Part shown: piece by piece, positions 1 to 13,009 of the stretch | Layout of the letters: each line of letters starts with the position of its first letter | Position numbering within the stretch: the first letter of the stretch is position 1 | Source of the DNA: Amphiscolops sp. MND2022 | Lineage: Eukaryota | DNA: 60,000 nt | Direction of reading: 5' to 3' | NCBI GenBank assembly: GCA_964187785.1 | Contig: OZ076409.1 | Span: 80,478,001-80,538,000, forward strand | The notes under the pieces: generated by a model | The model's database searches: none | Seen by the model: only the letters and a program-made list of their open reading frames with translations | What the model was told of the DNA's origin: nothing | Position numbers and translations under genes: made by a program

Positions 1-170
1 ACAGTTCAGAATTATGAATGAAAGAATTCTTCTAAGGACTCGATGCACATAGATATGAGACAGAAACAAATATAACAAACATTCAATGGGAAATGAAATT
101 TTCATTTGGAGCGAACATGACTAACTGGGTAAATAGAGCCTCAAGACAATTATAATGGTGTCCAGAATTG

Positions 171-652
171 AAAATAGGCCCCTCCGGGGCTCAGTACTAT
201 TTCTGCTTTAATCTTAATTTTTTTAAAACAAAAAATCATTAATAAAAGAATCATATCTGGAATACCAATACACTCCTGTTTAATCATTACTTAGAGCACA
301 ATTAATCACTGTACAAGTTTACACCGCCTTTAATTCTTCTCGGACTAAAGAAAATATAACTAAGCGTAGACGAAGTTTCGCATTCGCATTTGAATGCAGG
401 CGAAGCTCTCAACGAACGAATAATTAACACTCATTCGCTTCATCTCAATGACGTCAGCATACGAATGGATAATTACCACTCGCTCGTTCTATCGCACTAG
501 AATTGAATTGTTGTCGGCAGCTTTCCCACGCTTACACTCACTGCCGAACAAAATATCTGAATTATTCAGTAGGACGAAATTTGACGACTGAAAAAAAAAG
601 GACCAACTTTGAGGTTACAATAACATTCCTGCTAAAGCAGAAATATTAAAAA
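171..652 (-). mobile_element. Helentron-associated non-autonomous element (HINE/DINE-1-like), copy 1
   Basis: Reverse-complement match to 34554-35397 and 43134-43270. Has subterminal inverted repeats TATTTCTGCTTTA/TAAAGCAGAAATA and a 3' hairpin GCCCCggaGGGGC followed by CTATTTT. Ends lie in T-runs with no TSD. Confidence 0.7.
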
Positions 653-774
653 CTATGAAAATTATTCTGCTACTGCTTTCCCAAAGAATGAAATAGAAGA
701 TTTTGCATAAATTTAGGTATATGACATTTCATAGAAGCATAGCACGAATACAAACTTTTATCAACAAATCTAAA

Positions 775-3700
775 TTATGAATACGAATCTCCAAAATGCC
801 TTGGCTGTAGGTTGGATTTTATGTTATGTTGTCTAGGCACGTTGAGCATCTGTAGCAAACCAGGAGGTCTAGGAATATTGCAAGGAAAAGGCGCCCGCGG
901 GAAGTCTGCCGGTGTGACGACCGCGAAATTGGCCGGTTGGAAACTTGTGCGTCTCGTCGGAGGCTCAGGAGGCTGCTCTTCGTCACAAGCAGGAGTGCTG
1001 TCGTAGATATTTTCAGTCGCCTGCTCGTCACCTTCCGAGTTCAAAGCATTCGTGTCTCCATTAGAAGTTGGACGATCCGAGGACTTGGTTCGGATTATGG
1101 TTCCGTTGCCATGGTCAGCTGAGATATCGATGTTGGAGTACAATCCCCCACATTCATCTTCACTGGAGGGCGTTGATGACACGTTCACTGGAGTTGTGTC
1201 GTCTCCAGAACGCATTCCTGAAGTCGGGATCCCCGAAGTGGCGTTATGTAATTCTTCATAGTAATCTTCCGCTCCCGAAACTCGTTTTAGAGCTATGCAA
1301 AAATACGTGAATAAAATCCCTTCAGACACAGCCATTGTAACTGACATCAGAAGCAAGCGTCAAAACTGTAGGAACTAAGAAAGAAGTGAAAAAAGTTACC
1401 TAAATTCATTTTCGAGTACACGTGTTTTCGGATACACAAAAGGAATAGCCTAACGGTGCAACTTTTAGGCCATCACATCCATTTCATAAGACATTTTTTT
1501 TTACCGCGGTTGATTTTTGAAATACTTTTTCCAACAATTTCGGAAATTAGATACTGGTGGAAAGCTAGAGTACTTTCCACATGGCCTAGTGGTGAAAGCG
1601 ATTGTCTGTGCAAATTCAACAATAATAATACCAAATGGCTTGTCGTTTTTTTTTGGATTAAGTTTTGACAAGGAGAAAGCAGTGGAAATACTTTTTTGAA
1701 ATTCCTATTCTGTAACTCAATATGCATGAATGTGTTTCAGATCTGTATAATTTAATTGATTATTCCGAAACCTTTTCTCTGCCAAGCAATTGATGTTTGG
1801 AAGTCTTCGATTTTTCCCTAAAGGCGTCTTCTAACAATTTACAAATAATGTTAATGTCGATATAAAATTGAAGTTATTCAGAAAAAAGTAAGGTTACCTC
1901 TGCTAGTGTTGTGTTGACCTGCTCCAGATGCAATGGTGAAGTTCTCCGCTCGTTTGACAATGGCTGGATCGTACTCGTCTTCCGAGAGTATAGGCTCTTG
2001 GTAAAGATCTTCATCTCCTGTTCTATTTGGCAGTGTTGGAACGGTTGAAGGCTGGTTGGTTTTCATCACGTGCTCTAAAGTCGTGATTCGATTGCTCATC
2101 ATTGCAACGCTATTGGGCGAAATGGCTTGTTGTTGTTTCTTAACGTCATCAACTTGAGAATATAAACTCTCGCCTGTGTCTGAAAGAGATGTGGGTCGAT
2201 TACTATCTTTCTCATTAGAACTGCAATTCACAGCCCGGGGTTTCTCCTCATTCTCCGGACTGTTATTTTGGGCTGCAGCTGGTGTATGGCTAGGGGGTGT
2301 GTTCGAAGTCGGAGCTGAGAGGCCACATTTATGTCTGTTAACACATTCCCTGATCACTTTTGGGATATTAGTATACTGGTCTGAAAAGAACTCAAAAGTT
2401 CCCGCATATCCGATGCAACGTCTTCCTGCTTCGAATCTGAACACTTTCTGTTTGTTATTTGCTCCAAAACGACGGATGAATTCAAGCTTCCACTCAAATA
2501 TGGCAGATCTGGTCTCGTAGTTGCGAAGAATCAGACCATCGTGTTTCACTTCGAGGGCGTAGACACCGTTCAACTTACAAGCCTTTGCTGATTCTGTCTC
2601 CTTTATCGTAACTTTGAATATGCAACCTGAAAATGTTACAGGCTTTGAACAAAACTTCTCTTGAAAATGATAGTCTCAAAATATGCTTTATCAAAGAACA
2701 TACTGAAGCCAGAAAATCCAGCGATAATATCTTTGGAAGCTTGTGAAGCCAATCATGCACTGAATGATTTTAGGAAGTTTTAGGATTTGATGGTTCACAT
2801 TAAGAAGCCAAATTATCATCATGCTGAAAACAGGCAACAACGTATCCGAGATCCAACAAAAGCTGCATTTTTTGAATTTCAAGTCTCCGCTGCCTGATAT
2901 GTATAAGATGCAATGATAACCTACCGAAAAACTCCACGGAACCTGTTTTCAAAGTATATTACTAAGCATAAGCGTACACATGATTCTTAGAGTATGTTGA
3001 AATATTGCTAGATTGGTTCTTTTTAAAAGTTACTGCTCTTAACATGAGCCGATTGAGACATATCGCAATAGCAAATGACAAACCTACCTATACTTCTATC
3101 AGATTCATTCGAGGGAGTGTATATTTCGTTGTCTTCTTCCACACTTTGATAGAGGTCAATACTTCCGTGTTTAGATAAATTGGAGGAATGGTCACTGCCT
3201 CCGCTGCAGTATTCCGTCTGTAAAAACAACCAAAACTGACAATAAAAAATCGTAATACGGGGATCGAACCCAATTATAAACATTCAACTGAAGTTGTCAT
3301 CCCAAGACCTTCGCGACAACGTTCACTTGCGTTTCAACGCCTTCCATTTGAATCATTCAAACGTTGAAATCAGCTTAGGATAGAAGAATCTAGCAATCGA
3401 GGTTCACAATACAATCAAAGCCCATAGAGCGTAATTGGAAATCAAAAATTGGATCAACTAACAGCTTCTGGTTGTTCGTAGACGTTTTCAGAAGTGGAGA
3501 CGGCAAGTGGTTGGGAAAGGAGTTCGCGATCGTGACCCCAGCACACTGTTTTGATGCATTGCAACCAGTCGTCCAACTCTGACTCCAGGTCACAAGACTC
3601 CTTCAGACCCAGCTGAAGAGTTCTCTACAAAACAAAAGCTGATTTATTCTGACCATACGTTTTCAATCTTGAGGCGCAACTAAAACATACAGTTCAATAA

Positions 3701-4044
3701 AAAACGATGAGTCATTTCCCAATTTGGCCTGAACAAACAAGTGGAATGACTGGTCAAAAATGAATTGAAATTTGCTCAAATACAACTTCCAATTCTCTTT
3801 TCGAGCTTTATGATAGTTCAATTTGATTATGTTAACCAACTAAAAAGATTCTACTAACTTCATCTGAAAGGGTTAGAAGAATTATGGTTTTGTAAGTTTT
3901 GTCTTGAATCAAGCGGGCGCTTATCAGTCCATGCAGAGAGAGACTTTTATATGCATCGTTCTTCTTTGTTACACAACGGTAATCCAATCTTTCAAACCCG
4001 TCGTCTGATCTTCTGAAAATCTTGACACTCCGTTTTCTCCAAGT
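775..4044 (-). CDS. DOK: DOK-family (downstream of tyrosine kinase) adaptor, PH + IRS-type PTB domains, 5'-partial
   Basis: Phase-consistent GT-AG exons 4044-3859, 3624-3463, 3217-3088, 2626-1898 and 1292-775 give 574 aa. PH: TWRKRSVKIFRRSDDGFERLD...ELDDWLQCIKTVC. Linker EEDNEIY. PTB: FKVTIKETESAKACKLNGVYAL...EWKLEFIRRFG...FRFEAGRRCIGYAGTFEF. Tyr/Pro-rich tail (YEQP, YSQV, YQEP, YDST, PPEPP). Start exon not found. Confidence 0.85.
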
Positions 4045-4269
4045 CTGACAAAAATAGAGCAACCATTTAAAAAACGCACGTTTAGAATTACAAAATTGAC
4101 TTTATGCAGGACATTGGTGATGAAGTCGGTCAATAACTCCGCGGCGAATTCCGTATTTTTAATCGGCGCAATTTAGAAAATGCGCCCAAATATTACAGTT
4201 TTTTGTCAGATGACATTCTCACTTTTACAATTTCCTCCACACTCATGTGGCCACTGTGGGCGAGCACGC

Positions 4270-5415
4270 TATATCCAAATTTTTGGCGTTATATCCGAAG
4301 TAAGTTGCGTTTTACTAAGGAGGAGGCTGAGGTTCGAAAATATTGCGCTATATCCGAATTTTGGTTTTTTAAGACCAGCGAACTTTTTGACAGTTCTATG
4401 GACGTTTAAGGTAATTCAGTACCATCTAACTGTCACTTGATTGCTACTCCCATGATTGATATTTTAATCAAAAACGATTTGAGCATATTTAAAACTTTGC
4501 TCTTCTTGAGCCTTAAGCGGGGAACCGACTAATTAAAATCAAATACCGGCTTTAAGATACTACTTTAATGTATAGAAGGGAAAATCGTATTTTCGACCCG
4601 GTTTCTGCCAAAAGGTTTAGGTTTACCTTCAGCCTGAAACACCGTTATTTCTTGAATTAAATAGATTAAAACTATTTCAAGAAGTAACGTATAATTCTAG
4701 TTGATAAATGTTTTTGATGAATAAACACGCGATTGGTGACTAGAATAAACACCCCAATATTTGATCCCATCTACTTTCAAGAAGCCAGGGCGCGTCTGTG
4801 TAAGTAAGTATAATTGATTGTGAATGTGCTACAAGCTGCAGAGCCTCCGTGCAATGTCAACAGCGGTTCCACAAAAATACACTCGAAAACATCATAGTGG
4901 AGGACTAATTTAGGGACGAGCATTTGCTATGCGATTCGGTGTTTTATTTTATAAGTTAGTCCTCCACTTGCCGAGGTTTTCAAATTTATTTTTACGGGAC
5001 TGCAGATTTATTTTCAGATTGCAAAAATGCAAAAGGAAATGGAATGTCAAAAAACTCACAAAAAGAGTATCAAACTCACGAAAAACCCGAACGACGGAAC
5101 TGACGCGCTAAAAGGGGGATCCTTTTGCATTTTTCAACATACATTGCTGCAAAACATCAAAAAATTGAAGTGGGACACTTTAATGAAAAAAAATTCGAAA
5201 AAGTCTCAATGCCGAAAAAAACCCTTTAATCTCCCCCGGTATGGTATGTTACGCGGACAGAGGAAAAACTTTCTTAGTTCACTTCGCTAGGCCAAATGAT
5301 TCAATTTGTGACCAGAAAACTTTGTAGAACTTCTAAGAACTATTTTGGTCAGTTCGTGTGGATTGAAAAGTCACTAGTATAGTCGCGTTTCACTTCATTA
5401 AGCGCCGACTAAAAA
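4270..5415. repeat. Fragments of a dispersed repeat family (CGGATAT/ATATCCG arrays, AAGGGGGACCC motifs, GCGCCGACT ends)
   Basis: 4270-4370 matches 42780-42900. 5100-5415 matches 41940-42290 and the reverse complement of 39317-39430. Confidence 0.6.
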
Positions 5416-5672
5416 AACTAACTTACAGATCAAAACAACTCATCCAGAAATTTACCACACATACCAGAAAATGTTTGCAAAGAACGTAAAATGAAGGTGC
5501 AACTAAATTGCAAAATCTATGGCATCAACGTTGCTTTTCAGTTTGTTCTTTGCATTAGGTAAAAACGCAATTATAACGTGAATAACTTATGCAACGTCTT
5601 CCTCCCTATTTGTCAACGGTAGAGTGATTCCCTCACAAGAAGGCACGTTTCAAGGTGACCCTCTTGCAATGG

Positions 5673-8600
5673 TGTAACGGCTGCCTGTTCCTATCCTGCG
5701 CAGAGGCTTGGACTGTGGACCGTTACTAAACAAATCCTGGTTTTTTTGTTGTAAAGGACTATCTTTTGACTGGTGGGCCCGATGTGACCCGTGGGATTTC
5801 CTGCGATCCCTCTTTGCACTTGTTCGGATCCGATGTGATCCGTCACACACTTCCCTCACTGTATCTTCACGCGCTCCGGCTCTCCAACTATGAGAGTAGC
5901 TACTTAGTCGCTCTGGCTCTAGCGAAAAGTTATGAAGATTGAGAAGTTGATTAATTAGTGTCTCGGTCCCAAGACCCAACTTGACTACAGATATTCAGTC
6001 GTGAAACCTCTATCTAGTAATGGTATAAATCTGGTTTACAATACTTCAGTAAATATACATCAAAATATGTTGTATAAATAAATGACATTTACAGCATAAT
6101 ATGAAGTTATTGGCTAAGTACACAAACTATGTGGTGGTTTTGGCATGTTGGTCAGGTGGGCTAGAAAGTATGTTTACACAATGTAAATATCATTAATTTC
6201 AACAGCGTTACATTCTAACGGTCATATGGGTAAATAACAGTTTGCATTTCCGGTTTAAGGACCTTGATTATCACACATGTGAGGGGTGAAGGGGGTTATA
6301 ATGGGAGAATGACTTTGAAACTTAGCCGGTGTGTCCGTGTAAGGTCCTTGCATATGTGCGCCAAGTATCAAGTCTCTAGGGTTAACAGGTGTAGAAAAAA
6401 CCTTGATTGGGCGCGTTTTCGCAAAATTGATGATTGGATTTTCTATAAAATTTCATCTGAGTTTCGAAGAGTTTAAGTTCTTGTTTCTCAACCACCATGT
6501 TCCAAATCGACTTTCTTTGCCTGCTGATGACTGGCGCCAACATTACCGGCCCTGTTTTTCTCCCGAAAAACACTTTCACACAACAGGGGTGCCAGTTTCA
6601 CTACTAGTCTTTAGAGTTTTCCATCAATCGTCGTTGTCTATCCGAGAGCTGCAGTTTCATTGCCATGTTTGCCAGTTGTTTGCTGTGTTCTTTCTCTACT
6701 GCAATGATTTTCCAGCCCAAAATCCAGTTCGTTGACCATGAAGTTGCTTTCCACATGTTCAGAGGACACAACAAAGTATTTCCAAAAAACTGTTTTCTCA
6801 TTTGAAGTCATTGTTTTCCCAATTATCCCGAACTTCATCATCAATGTCCGACAATCATTGCGTTCAATCAATTGCCTTTCTTTTGAACATTTGAAAAGTA
6901 CATTACAAAAATGCTTCAGCTCATTCAACTCAGCTTCCATGTTTACTTCAACATCCAAAAAATAGGTTTCCAGGTAAGTCGAAATGTCTCTAGCCAGTGT
7001 CTCAATATTTGCTGTGATACATTTTATCATCAAAGTTGACTGACCACGGGGAGACATGTCAAAGAGAGCTCGTTCTCTAATCTTTCCATGAATTCTGTCT
7101 CGGATCCAACCTTCTTGAAAGGTCGTTGAGTCATCCATCATCATAATCAGTAGATAAAGAGAATTTCCAACATTACTGCGACTGAAGCTCTTCCCTTTGT
7201 GTTTAATGTTCTCTGTGCATCCAATGGGACAGGATTTGTGCTTTGAATTCAGTCGCTGCAATACGTTTTGCTCGTTGCTCACAGGCACGTCGATTTCCGT
7301 AGCTATTTTTGTGTTTTCTCCTAGTAACTGAATTCTGTGGAGTTTCGCTTTCGCTTCTGTTTATAGAGCGTCACCGAGCTTCTTTCACCACAAATTTCCA
7401 ATTTCGTATCATCTGGGTTTCTCACAGGCTCCGAATAGTTATCAGAGACTTCCAATTTACCAAAAGACCCATACCGAGTCCACATTGTCTCGAACGGTGC
7501 AGCCGGCCCATTGCAAGACCCGTTGCTCCAACTTGTTGTTGTTGTTGGTACTTTCAAAGAACACATTTGGGTTCTTGTCACTGATGAGTTGTCTCTCAAA
7601 TCATGTAGCCAAACTCTCAGCTTGTGTTACATTTTCGTTCAACTGAGCGTTTTCCTCTATTCCATGTATCGGGTTCCAATCAGGTTCACTCTTCCGAGTT
7701 CTTTTCTTCGGTCGCTTGCGGTGGCCGTTGCTCAATCGAGTTTTGTCAATGCCATTAGCCTGTGCTACTGCGTCCATACCCTAGATTCCATTACCAGTCC
7801 AATAGTCCCATACATTACTGTCACTCGGAATAGTTTCTTCAACAAGGCTTACCTTGAAGTCAAAATCAAATTTCTTCCCAAAGGTTGCATTCATGGTTTG
7901 TTTTTCACCTTTGGCATTGCCTTCCACGGGTTTGTCATGTTTCATTACAACGTGGCATAGCTTTTGATACATGGCTTCTTCATTCTCATCGTCTTGCAGT
8001 GCAAACTGTTGCTCATGCACAAATCCATACTTTTGTCCAATTCAAAACATTTGTTTCCTTCAAGGAGTAGATTATCGGAATAAAACGTTGTCACTAGAAA
8101 CAGGTTCGCTTGCTGTGCATGCGCTAATAACTTCACAGTGGTAGCTTCTGCAATCTCTTGCAGCAGTTCAAATTGCACACTCGATTCTTTCAAAATTTGC
8201 TTGCTTGTTGCGAATGCTAAGCTTCTATGCTCTTGCCTCATCTCTTTGTGTAATTCAAGTTCTCCTTTGTTTGCACTATCGAATGCTCACTTTTGACAAA
8301 GTGAATTTCTTCTTCCAAAACTTGTTTGGTATCCACAAGGAGGATTTCTGAACGGATGTCTTGCCGACAAAAGTTTCTGACCACTTCTGTATGCATTCCG
8401 CTGTGAGGAGCTTCGACGTGCCTTTGCAACTTTCACTTCTGTTTGTGATGTTGCTCCTTGTCTGCATTACCCATTATCATAGTTTGTTTTTTCTTTCCAA
8501 TCAGCTCGCTCATCTGCTTCTGTGAGAGGTTTCGAGTCTCTCCTAGGCGCGGAGAACTTTCCTTCGTGAACTAATTTCACTGCATTCTCTGGCGTTGAAT

Positions 8601-11024
8601 GGACGGATACTGTCATATTGGATTGATGTTTTCAACTGTTTCTGACTTGTCCATCCATCCTGAGTCTTCCGTGAAACTGTCGACTGGTGAGATACTTCGG
8701 AAGCTAGTCCCCTGACTGCTCGACGCTTTCGCCGATTATGTTTCATTTTCAACTATTCTACCTCTGTGGGCAAGCTCTTCATGCAAAACAGCTATTTCCC
8801 TTTGCAATGCTTCGCGCTTCAGTTTCTCTAGTCGGCTTTGCAGTTCTTTTTGCTCTTTCAGAGCTTTTACGTTCAAATGATGAATTCGTCTAGCATTTGA
8901 AGTTTTCCAAATCACAGAAGTTCTGTTGCTTCTGGTTTCAACCAGTTGCGAATGTTTGCCAAGTTCCTCTATTTGTAAAGATCCAGGATCGCTTCTTTGG
9001 CCTTGAAATTCATCCGACTTCTCCGAAGAGAACCAATCGCTCTTCATTAGACTCCTTCGAGCTGACTGTTGTTCTGTTGTCCATCTGGATTGTCTTGTCA
9101 GACAACTTACCCTTTTCTTCGGGTACTGATGTTACATCTTGACTCAGATTTCCACTGCAGATATGCTGTCTCCCATGACACAGCGAAGTTCTCGGTCATT
9201 GGTACTTCTTGACCAGGTCAGTGATTCCTTTTCACTAGGCGTTTTCTCTATACAATTTTGTTTTGTATGATCGACACGTCTTTGCCTCAACTTTCTTGAG
9301 TGAGGGCATCTCATAGCTGCGTCTGCAGATATTCTATTTGCCATCTGGCTCCGTTTCCACTCATTTGTCCCAACATTTGGACTCTTTAACATTTGCCTCA
9401 CATCGGGGAACCAGTATCCCTAACTCGATTCCAGTTTCGCAAAGCATTCTTCCCATTCAGTCACACCTCGACTGAGCAGTCTTGGCGTTTCATTCGTAAC
9501 ACTCAACATGGAGTCTACAGAAAACAGCAAGGCTTGCCTTCTCTCGCGCAATTCAACTACCCATTCAATCGAGTTGCTTTTGGATACAACAGCTTCTTTC
9601 TCATCGAGCTTGTCATCCAAGTTTTAACCAACGTATGGAGTTTTTCACATGTATGGGTACACTACCCCAATAAACACTGCACATGTACCAATCTGACGCA
9701 TTCTCCAAATCTTTCGGCTTGAGTTCCATCAGTTCTTGGTTCTGCTTTTTGTTTCGTTCTTCAAACACATTTGTCATTCGAGGATGCTGCATCTGGTGCC
9801 TTTCTTTGTTTCTGCTTTTCATTTGCTCTGAAGACTCTTGTTTCACTGAGGGCTTTGGAACTTTACAATGGTTTCTTGTAGACTTTGTCACTTTTCCCGA
9901 ATTCTGCTATTTCTCAGATACAAAGTGTCAACTGCTCAATACAGTAATCAATCGCCAATCCATGAAGAATCAACCAAATACTGTCGATTATACTTGCCTT
10001 CTTTGACGAACTTGTTTCGGTGGATCTTGTCCCTCTGACTTGATCCTTTCTTTTTACTTGGTAGATTTACGTGCAGTAACGTGTTCGACCAGATCTTTGT
10101 CTCAATTAGGAATACGTTCCAATGAATACAATTCGTCACTATAGCCCAAACTCCCAGAGTCACAATAGCCCAAACTCCCAGAGTCACAATAGCTCAAACT
10201 CTCAGAGTCACAATAGCTCAAACTCCCAGAGTCACAATCGCCCAGACACAGTGGCACAATCGCCCAGAGACACAGTGGCACAATAGCCCAGATACACAGT
10301 GGCACAATCGGCAAGATACACACTAGCCCAAACTCTCAGAGATAGACACTTTCTCTTCTTGGGGAATCTTCTGTTGTCCACCAACGAGTCGTCTTCGTCC
10401 TCGTCTTCTCTGTCCGGGTCGAACTGATGAGTCCGGGTCGGCGGACCAAATGTAACGGCTGCTTGCCCTTATCCTGCGCTGAGGCTTGACAAGCTTTAGG
10501 CCGCCCTGATCCGTTGCTTAGTACTGTGGACCGTTATTAAACAAATCCTGTTTTTTTTGTTGTAAAGGACTATCTTTTGACTGGTGGGTCTGATGTGACC
10601 CGTGGGATGTCCTGCGACCCTTTTTGCACTTGTTTGGATCCGATGTGATCCGTCACACACTTCTCTCATTTCTTCACGCGCTCCGGCTCTCCAACTATGA
10701 GAGTAGCTACTTAGTCACTAACTCTAGCGAAAAGTTGTGATGATTCAGAAGTTGATCAATTAGTCTTTGTCTTTTGGTCATGAAACCCAATTTGACTATA
10801 GCAGTTCAGACGTTAAAATCGCTATCTAGTAATGGTATAAATGTGGTTTACAATTCTACAAGTAAATATAGAGCAAATATCAGTTGAAATATGTGGTATA
10901 AATATATGACATTTACACCATAATAATTGGCTATGTAAACAAACTATATGGTGGTTTTAGCATGTTGGTTAGGTGGGCTCGAAAGCATGGTTACACTATG
11001 TAAATATTAAATTCAACAGTTACA
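5673..11024 (-). mobile_element. LTR element with BEL-type PBS and a decayed ORF without recognisable pol (LARD-like/non-autonomous)
   Basis: Direct repeats 5673-6212 and 10451-11024 begin TGTAACGGCTG and end GTTACA. Minus-strand PBS TGGTCCGCCGACCCGGAC (10431-10448) lies 2 nt from the right repeat. A chain of overlapping minus-strand ORF fragments spans ~9890-6400. No convincing TSD or PPT, and both repeats continue TTCTAA, so their right-hand boundary is uncertain. Confidence 0.7.
10135..10340. repeat. 24-bp tandem array in the leader of the LTR element
   Basis: GTCACAATAGCCCAAACTCCCAGA x~4 grading into GGCACAATCGCCCAGAGACACAGT x~3. Confidence 0.9.
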
Positions 11025-11039
11025 TTCTAATGTAGTTCA

Positions 11040-11460
11040 AGATACCGCAGATCCATTTGAGGGCTTTGGCGTTTTTTCAGGCACGAATTCGATCACGGAG
11101 CACTTCTTGCTATTAAACAGGAGAGAGTTTTGTGTACTCCAGGGGTGCAAATTAAAAATCAAGAATTTAAAAAACAATTGAAGTACGAGCAACTAATAAT
11201 CGAACTTGAAAAAATTCCTTCAACGCGATCGTGTTTGCCAGCACAGATGGGGCCGCAACAACTGCATCTAAGGTCATTACCAGGCTCGCATCCAAACTGA
11301 GCGAAAAGTGAACACACTTATGCAGAGGTAATGGGATACATAAGAACGAAAGTAAGCTTTGTGCTACTGAAAAAGCCCCGTTCTGTGGCTCCGCGGAAGC
11401 TATTCAAAACTACAACCCGAAAATATCGATTCTACGATCGGTGCAATAGTGGCACCACCG
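11040..11460 (+). mobile_element. Degenerate 3' fragment of a CRE-like (restriction-endonuclease-type) non-LTR retrotransposon
   Basis: Translates to ...ASKVITRLASKLSEK...MGYIRTKVSFVLLK, typical of the C-terminus of CRE-clade ORFs. Confidence 0.55.
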
Positions 11461-12429
11461 CAGGGTCCCCATTGACGTGCATCTATTTGCTAGATTTTAC
11501 AACAAGCAATGTCTAACTGTGATAGTAATGCTGTAATTTATAAATTTTCCTCCACTCACCAGGGTTTTCAATATTTATCTTTATGGGATCGTTAGTAACA
11601 CTGCAAGGAGGCTCTGCAGCTTACAGCGTATACGACACCCTCTTCAACTCTTTTCGACTCGCCCTCCTTTCAACGAAGGGCTCCTTTCATAATTGGCCTA
11701 ACATGAAAAATAGTTGTCCCAATATACGCACGGTCCTTTTTTTATAACGTAAATAACAATGAAAAAAGCAGCTTCTTCGAATCATGGACGTTATTCCCGA
11801 ATTAGATGAGACTTTGCCACTTGCCACCAACGAGGCGATGTTTGAAGCTAATCGCTTTCTAACTTTTGTATCTTCCCAAACTGAACACACGTTTTATGAT
11901 ATAACGTCTTCATAAAGAAAAAGGCGGCATATCAGAATTAATGACATTATTTCCGAATCAAGACTTACCAAGAAACTGGTGAATTTTTATGGTGTAGTTA
12001 TAACTATAGAGATAGTTTATAGTTACAACTTAGGAATAGATAATCTCATAATTTCTAGTCATTCCTCATCTCTTCTTTTTTTGAACATACGAGAATTGGA
12101 ATGTTTAACTATCAACTTCAAAGAGTATACGAGGAATTTCGCAGTGTAACAGCGACCGTTGTTCAACCAGAATAGCCTCAGCATAAATTCGGTCCAAAGT
12201 GAAAAGGAAACCAGTAATTTCATAACTTTGATTTATGCAAGTAACTGATCAAAATGCAAAAAGAAATGCTCAGCACTACGACCAATTCACAATTGAACGA
12301 CAGAGAAATTACCTTTTTATGTGACATCCATAACATGAGGAGCCCAGTTTTGACACAATTAGGCTCAAACTGCACGGAATCAAGGCCATTGATCATTTTT
12401 ACTACATCATTACACAACACCCTGAAATG

Positions 12430-12810
12430 GAGTAGGAAAAATCGTTACAAGAAAACCAGCGAAAAAAAGCTTCGACAACTTATGCCACCATAAATTCTGT
12501 ACAACAAGACAACAAGAGGTAGATGACACACGCACGTGGTCTACAAACAAAGGGATCACCTGCCGAAACTAACCCAGTTGTCTTTGAATCCATAAACCGC
12601 TCTGCCATTTACCACTCGGCAATGCAGACGCGAGAATCCGGTGGACCCAGTGGTCTAGACGCTGCGAATTTTCGACGAATGGCTTGTTCGACGAAGTTCA
12701 AACAAGTTAGTGAAAGCTTCTGCACAACTATATCAGAGATTGCCAGGAAAATATATTGTGAAGAAATTGATCCGATCGCACTTGAGACCTACACTGCATG
12801 CAGAACCATC
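12430..12810 (+). mobile_element. CRE-like non-LTR RT N-terminal fragment
   Basis: PVVFESINRSAIYHSAMQTRESGGPSGLDAANFRRMACS...LETYTACR, the pre-RT region of CRE-clade elements. Confidence 0.65.
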
Positions 12811-12815
12811 GAAGT

Positions 12816-12935
12816 AGGTCCAGTTTGTAGAACTCTACAAACTGGTCCTAGGTGGTCCAGTTTGTAGAATTATATTTCTACAAACTGGATCATTGAATAC
12901 TACAAACTGGAGCATTAAATTCTACAAACTGGACA
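12816..12935. repeat. Short foldback array of CTACAAACTGG/CCAGTTTGTAG motifs (MITE-like)
   Basis: The motif occurs about 6 times in both orientations. Confidence 0.55.
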
Positions 12936-13009
12936 TCTTTCAAACAAGATCCTGAGAGCTCCACCGCCTAAGATCTGAAGGAATAAGATCTAAAATCTAA
13001 AAACTGAAA

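Noticed and set aside
10135..10340. CRISPR-like periodic array
   Set aside because: Units are head-to-tail with no unique spacers, the context is eukaryotic, and there are no cas genes.
10400..10455. Hammerhead-like CTGATGA-GTCCG..CGGAC-CAAA next to an LTR (retrozyme idea)
   Set aside because: The catalytic GAAA is CAAA and stems I and III are weak. The hairpin is explained by the tRNA-complementary PBS on the other strand.
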